DNA of 64,000 nucleotides from Giardia intestinalis (Eukaryota): NCBI GenBank assembly GCA_000002435.2, contig CM018793.1; one strand, 5' to 3'. Shown piece by piece: positions 58,967 to 64,000 of this stretch (position 1 is its first letter; each line of letters starts with the position of its first letter). The notes under the pieces were generated by a model. It saw only the letters and a program-made list of their open reading frames with translations, ran no database searches and was not told where the DNA came from. The position numbers and the translations under genes were made by a program.

Positions 58967-60658
58967 GTGATATGCACAGCAGCCAGTAGTGGAGTGTGCA
59001 CTGAGTGTAATACAAATAGTCAGTACATATTCCAGAACCCTGCTACAGCACCAGAGAAGGGTAGCGAGTGCATCCTGTGCTGGGATACCAAGGGAGCAGA
59101 TGGATATACGGGAGTGGAGAACTGCGCCACATGTACAGCACCAAGCACCCCAACGGCTGCCACGTGTGATACCTGTCAAGATGGATACTATAAAGATGGT
59201 AACGGCGCATGTACCAAATGTCATACCGACTGCGAGACGTGTAATGGAGCTGATCAGAATGCGTGCACCTCTTGTAAGGATGGAAAGTATCTGAAAGGTG
59301 GAAATACGTGTTCATCTACATGTGAAGGAAACACTTACCCTGACCCTGTGACAAGGACATGCAAGGATTCTAGTATAGTAGATTGCACCACGTGTGAGTA
59401 CAACCCGGCAACTGGGGGCCCAAAGTGCACAGCCTGTAACGGTAAGATAGTCAAGGAAGAGGCCGACGGGACGACAACGTGCGTCGAGGCAAATGGGTGC
59501 GCTCGAGATGGCCAAGCAGGCACGCACTTTCTGAGTGACAACAACGATAAGTGCATTCTGTGTAGCGATACAACAACAGGAACAGGAGCAAGTAACCAAG
59601 GAAAGGACAACTGTAAGACATGTACTAAGGCTGGTTCAGGACAAGCACCGGAATGTTCAGAGTGTCTGGATGGATTCTTCTTTGAAAAGTCATCAAAGAC
59701 TTGTTCGGCTTGTCATCAGAACTGTGCTACGTGCTCTGAAGCTACGACAGAAAATAGGTGCGAGTCCTGCTATCCAGGATACTTCTTGGTTGTATCTGGT
59801 GCTGATAAAAAGTGTGTCCCATGCGATGATGCACAGAATCAAGGGATCGAGGGCTGTGCCGAGTGCACTGGTACTACAGGATCCCTCAAGTGCACAAAGT
59901 GCAAGCCTAACAGGAAGCTCGCTGGAAACGAGGGGGACCTCACATGCACAGAGAAGACCTGTGAAGATGATACTGCCTGCGGGGGGACATCTGGAGCCTG
60001 CGATGCCATAGTGATTGATGATCAGGGCAATGCAAAGCACTACTGTTCCTATTGTGGGGATAACAGTAAGGTACCAATTGATGGGAAGTGTGTTGATAGT
60101 GGTCAAAAGAATGGGAATACTTGTACCAGTCACATATGTACACAATGCACCAACAACTACTTCCTCTACATGGGAGGGTGTTATAAAGCAACAGAGGTGC
60201 CTGGTAGCTATATGTGCAAGACAGCAGATAATAAGGGGATATGCACAGAGGCGGCCAACAATAAGTACTTCATAGTCCCAGGGGCATCCAATCAGAATCA
60301 GTCTGTACTAGCATGTGGTAACCCCCTAGGCACACTAGTAGATACTAAGGCATACGTGGGGGTCGAGGGCTGCTCTCAGTGTACAGCCCCGACAGCTCTA
60401 ACAACAGCTGGCATGACCGCTGCTGTGTGTACCTCTTGTGGTGAGAGTAAGAAGCCCAACAAGGATGGCACTGGGTGTGTGCTGTGCTCTGTGGGTGATT
60501 GCAAGAGCTGTGTGATGGATAATATATGTGGGGAGTGCAACAGTGGCTTCAGCATAGACAATGGTAAGTGCGTGTCCTCTGGCAGTAATAGGAGCGGGCT
60601 CTCCACGGGGGCCATCGCGGGGATCTCCGTGGCTGGTCTCGTTGGGCTTCTGTGTTAG
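58967..60658 (+). pseudogene. VSP copy H, a divergent paralog truncated at both ends: no start codon or signal peptide, and the TM/CRGKA tail is destroyed (...ISVAGLVGLLC*)
   Basis: The 3' end reads ...gggatctccgtggctggtctcgttgggcttctgtgttag, against the array consensus ...gtcgctgtggtcgtcgtcgtggggggcctcgtgggcttcctctgctggtggttcatatgtagagggaaggcatga. There is a deletion within the TM segment and a premature stop. Confidence 0.6.
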
Positions 60659-61276
60659 TGATGACTACTGGCCCGGGGTGGGCATCCGCTGTCCATCCGC
60701 CCGGTGCTGCTACGTGCCCGTGGAGGTCTGGACGCCCGCTGCAACCAGGGTGGAGAGAGTCGGCGCTGCAGCACCCCCGCTGGGTCTCGCCGTGAGTGAG
60801 GGCAGAAGCTCTCGGGGGCCCCGGGGGCAATGCCTGATGTGCAGAGCAGTGGACAGCTCAGCCGTGGATTTAAAATAGCGCGTCGCTCGATGGCGCTCCC
60901 CGGCCTGCCGAAGCAGCGGGTGCTCGACTGCGTAGCATAGGCGCCGAACCACGCCTGCAGCCGTGGGAGGCCGGCGCAGCATGGGCGGTCCCTGCACCGG
61001 GTGGCTCGGACCCGCCACCCGGCCGTTGCGTGCAGGCACCGCCCACTCGGTCCGCTCGGCTGGCCTCTGCAAAAGACCGGCACACGGAGTGGCAGGACCT
61101 GTGCACCCCCGAGGGACAGGGGCTCGACTCGCCCTCTGAGGATCGCTCCGTGCCGACTCCGGGCCCGCCGTTCGACCACGCGGAGGCCGGGCATCCGGGA
61201 GCCTCCACAGCAGAGGTAGTGTGGCGGATCCTTGCTGATCCGGACACATTAAAAACTTGTATCCTCAGGGATTCAC

Positions 61277-63778
61277 ATGAGGGTTCTCATCCTTCTTCTT
61301 CTGCACGGTATTTTCTCAGAGTGCACCCAGGACAGCGACTGCGGGGGTGCGACCGGCGTCTGCAACGTCACGATCGGCGGCAAGAAGTACTGCTCCAAGT
61401 GCGACGGAGCGCGGGTCCCCGTCAACGGAGACTGCAGGCTGCTGAGCCTCTCGCGGGGTATATGCATAGTGCCCACGGGCAGCAACCCCACTCCGGGCTC
61501 CTGCTCGGGCTGCATCCGGGACTTCCTCTTCTACAGGGGCGGGTGCTACCGCACGGCATCCCTGATCAACGCCATATGCAAGGAGAAGCACATCGTCGAG
61601 GAGGGGATGTACTGCGGGGCATGCGCCATCGAGGGCGACGTCCCGATCGACGGGGTGTGCGTGCCGGCTGGGAGTGCTGCGGGGAACACGTGCAGTAAGG
61701 GCGTGTGCACAACATGCACAGGCGGCTACTTCCTCCACTACGGGTCGTGCTACAAGTTTGATAGTTCTCCAGGCAGCATTGTGTGTCCTAATCAATCTGA
61801 CACCACTGGCTCTGTCTGCGGCTCTTGCGGATCGAAGTTCGTCAAGAACCCCAGTGCGAGCTCGTCTGCCACCTCCTGCCTCGCGTGCTACGGGCTGGAC
61901 GGGACTCTCTTCTGCGAGCGCTGCCGGATGAACGTGCTCACGGGCGCAGACGCGAAGCCCACCCTCTGCACGCAGTGCCAAATAGGCTACGTGCCCGTCG
62001 ACGGCCGGTGCCTCTCCAACTACTCCGCCCTGGCCGCGCTCGCCGGGTGCTCCGACCCCCGGGGCAACGGGCTCTGCGACGCGTGCTCCTCCGGCTTCAT
62101 GCTCTTCTACGGGAGCTGCTACTCCGTCGACGGCCCCCTCGCCCAGGCCATCTGCGCGGCCGAGGACCAGATCTACGTCAACGGCCGGGTGCTCTGCAAG
62201 AGGTGCGCCCAGCCCGACCACTACCCCCTGAACGGCGTCTGCATCGGCCAGAGCTCGGACGGGACCGACGGACACACGTGCAGCGGCGGGTCGTGCACGG
62301 CCTGCAGCACCAAGCAGACCGCAGACGGTACCCCCGAGTTCTTCCTGTTCTACAGCGGCTGCTACGACATCACCCACCCCATCGGGAAGTCGATCTGCTC
62401 CGCTGTAGCTGATGGCGCCTGCACAGCATGCGCGTCCTCGGACTCCTCGAGTGTGATAACCATCACTGCAGATGGCCAGTCATCCAAGTGCCTCGCCTGC
62501 TGGGACGACACGGTGGGGGGAGTAGCCAACTGCGGGGGCTGCTCGCTCGCCAGTGATGGCCCCGCCAAGGTTGTGTGCACCAGGTGCTCGGACTCGACGG
62601 AGCCCGGCGAGGACAATACGTGCCCCCGAGCCCTCCCGCCCGCAACGCCTGAAGGGTGCGCCGTCCAGGGCTGCCAGGCGTGCTCGAAGGACTCTGCCAC
62701 GACGTGCGACGCCTGCTTCGAGCCTCTCATCATGAAGGAGGACAAGACGAAGTGCTTCGGGAGCTGCCTGGCGCTGGGCCCGGGCTACTACAACGCCAGC
62801 GGGACCTGTGCGCGCTGCGTGGAGAACTGTCTCTCCTGCGTAGACGGGACCTCGTGCTCCCGGTGCGCAGACGGGTACTACCTCGAGGTGTCCGGCAGCG
62901 ACTCCTCAACGGGGGCGTGCAGGCCGTGTGCCGCCGGGTGCTCCACGTGTAATAACGGCAGCAGCACGGGTTGCACGACGTGTCTCCTCGGATACTACAT
63001 CGCGGCCGAGGGAAAAAGGCAACCTGGGCAGTGCGTGAAGTGTGACTCCGATGGAAACGGTTATGTGGGCGTCCAGCACTGCATTGTCTGCCGCAGCACC
63101 GTGGGGGACGGGGGAGCCAAGAACGTCGTCTGCCAGAAGTGCGAGGACGGGTATCTCAAGGAGACGGACCAGGGCAAGACCGTCTGCGAGGCGCCCCCGC
63201 CCACATGCACCGTGGAGCTGTGCGCTCTGTGCGTGGCCGACGACCCCAATAGATGCGAGCACTGCACGGCCGGCGCGTACCTCTGCCCGCGGACGGCGGC
63301 GTGCACGAAGGACTGCGCCAGCTGCGGCGGCTCGATGTACCCCGACGAGGACCTCGGGGAGTGCCAGCCGTGCGACATTGCGAACTGCCGGGTCTGCGCG
63401 ACGGGGCTCAAGTGCGAGAGCTGCGCGGAGAACGCCGTCCCCATCTCCCCGGACGTCTACCACACGGCGTGCATGGGCTGCAGCGACACCGGGGGCATGG
63501 ACGGCTGGGTGGGCCTCGCGGGGTGCACGACCTGCGAGCTGACCGACAAGGGCGGCGGGAGCGTCAACTGCCTCGACCCTGGCTACTACCGGCGGGGCGG
63601 GCTCGGCGGGGGAGCAATCGCCGCCATCGTCATCGTCGTCCTCCTCGTCCTGGCCGTCGCCGGCTTCCTCGTCTGGTGGTTCGTCTTCAGGAGGGGCGGC
63701 CGGCCCAGACGCGGCGGGACAAAGTACACGTCGCTCATGCGGGGCGAGTCCTACGACTACCGCCAGTCCCTGATATGA
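61277..63778 (+). CDS. High-cysteine membrane protein (HCMP; VSP-like cysteine-rich type I membrane protein with a non-CRGKA cytoplasmic tail), 833 aa
   Basis: True ATG with an AT-rich upstream region (attaaaaacttgtatcctcagggattcac). Signal peptide MRVLILLLLHGIFSEC. Many CxxC and F(L)FY(G/S)GCY motifs. TM segment GGAIAAIVIVVLLVLAVAGFLVWWFVF. A 30-aa cytoplasmic tail. AGTAAAC lies 3 nt after the stop. Confidence 0.85.
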   Translation: MRVLILLLLHGIFSECTQDSDCGGATGVCNVTIGGKKYCSKCDGARVPVNGDCRLLSLSRGICIVPTGSNPTPGSCSGCIRDFLFYRGGCYRTASLINAICKEKHIVEEGMYCGACAIEGDVPIDGVCVPAGSAAGNTCSKGVCTTCTGGYFLHYGSCYKFDSSPGSIVCPNQSDTTGSVCGSCGSKFVKNPSASSSATSCLACYGLDGTLFCERCRMNVLTGADAKPTLCTQCQIGYVPVDGRCLSNYSALAALAGCSDPRGNGLCDACSSGFMLFYGSCYSVDGPLAQAICAAEDQIYVNGRVLCKRCAQPDHYPLNGVCIGQSSDGTDGHTCSGGSCTACSTKQTADGTPEFFLFYSGCYDITHPIGKSICSAVADGACTACASSDSSSVITITADGQSSKCLACWDDTVGGVANCGGCSLASDGPAKVVCTRCSDSTEPGEDNTCPRALPPATPEGCAVQGCQACSKDSATTCDACFEPLIMKEDKTKCFGSCLALGPGYYNASGTCARCVENCLSCVDGTSCSRCADGYYLEVSGSDSSTGACRPCAAGCSTCNNGSSTGCTTCLLGYYIAAEGKRQPGQCVKCDSDGNGYVGVQHCIVCRSTVGDGGAKNVVCQKCEDGYLKETDQGKTVCEAPPPTCTVELCALCVADDPNRCEHCTAGAYLCPRTAACTKDCASCGGSMYPDEDLGECQPCDIANCRVCATGLKCESCAENAVPISPDVYHTACMGCSDTGGMDGWVGLAGCTTCELTDKGGGSVNCLDPGYYRRGGLGGGAIAAIVIVVLLVLAVAGFLVWWFVFRRGGRPRRGGTKYTSLMRGESYDYRQSLI

Positions 63779-63781
63779 CCC

Positions 63782-63788
63782 AGTAAAC
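63782..63788 (+). promoter_or_regulatory. Canonical AGTAAAC polyadenylation motif immediately after the HCMP stop
   Basis: tga ccc AGTAAAC gg. Confidence 0.6.
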
Positions 63789-64000
63789 GGAGCCGTCAGA
63801 GCGGACGGCTTGCTCTGCAGCGACTTACAGGGGGCAGGCCAGGCAGCCGTGTCCAGGATGGGCGCGCCCGGCTGTCCCGGCAGAAGGAGGCGCCGGAAGT
63901 GCTCGGAGACGGTGTCCTCCGTGTGCTGCATGCAATCAGGAGGCAAGCACACTCTATTCTACGGCAGCTGCTACACGAGCACACCAGCACGGGACGGAAG

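Larger units (their letters stand above)
47692..60658 (+). repeat. Head-to-tail tandem array of VSP gene units (periods 1749-1891 bp). It contains a 5656-bp higher-order duplication (49556-55211 versus 55212-60867)
   Basis: Stop-to-stop spacings are 1797, 1891, 1874, 1891, 1891, 1874 and 1749 bp. Identical antisense ORF peptides recur in the track at fixed offsets (for example 47069-47305, 52631-52867 and 58287-58523). Confidence 0.9.

Noticed and set aside
45544-60658. A regularly spaced direct-repeat array that could be mistaken for CRISPR or a prokaryotic repeat locus
   Set aside because: The units are 1.75-1.9 kb and protein-coding (VSP genes with CxxC/GGCY motifs and a TM-CRGKA tail). 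The window is eukaryotic (Giardia). There are no short palindromic repeats with unique spacers.
1-64000. Telomeric (TAGGG)n repeats, rDNA, or retrotransposon (GilM/GilT/GilD-like) remnants that might explain the location of the VSP array
   Set aside because: I found no tandem TAGGG run and no RT, endonuclease or LTR-like ORFs anywhere in the window. A subtelomeric context therefore cannot be asserted from this sequence.

Overview
This window is eukaryotic, not prokaryotic: it reads as a Giardia (diplomonad) chromosomal segment, and it holds an 8-copy head-to-tail VSP gene array in which no copy has an in-frame ATG start with a signal peptide. The evidence for Giardia is seen directly in the sequence. 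(1) Eight head-to-tail cysteine-rich ORFs, seven of which end in the variant-specific surface protein (VSP) signature ...NRSGLSTGAIAGISVAVVVVVGGLVGF(L)CWWF(I/L)CRGKA* (the eighth, copy H, has lost this tail). (2) Three tandem alpha-giardin (annexin-like) genes. (3) Ankyrin-repeat 'protein 21.1'-type genes and a NEK-like pseudokinase. (4) Compact genes with no introns evident in the long continuous ORFs (not explicitly searched), with short AT-rich stretches directly upstream of ATGs and AGTRAAY-like motifs just after stop codons. The layout is as follows. Positions 1-40.2 kb form a gene-dense core region of about 26 genes, including ThrRS, a tRNA-Ser, an LSG1 GTPase, a cyclin, a PPP phosphatase, elongin C, tandem KefG-like oxidoreductases and a large ankyrin protein. 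Positions 40.2-41.2 kb are an AT-rich gene desert. Positions 41.2-45.5 kb are an extremely GC-rich island (by eye about 70% GC) with a few small genes, including a FOP/TONNEAU1-N-terminal-like protein. Positions 45.5-60.7 kb hold the VSP array, with mosaic near-identical units and a 5656-bp higher-order duplication. Positions 61.3-63.8 kb hold a high-cysteine membrane protein (HCMP) gene. Caveat: the supplied ORF track translates GTG/TTG starts as M, so I re-derived the gene starts from the first in-frame ATG preceded by AT-rich sequence. Functions were assigned by motif recognition only. No searches were run.
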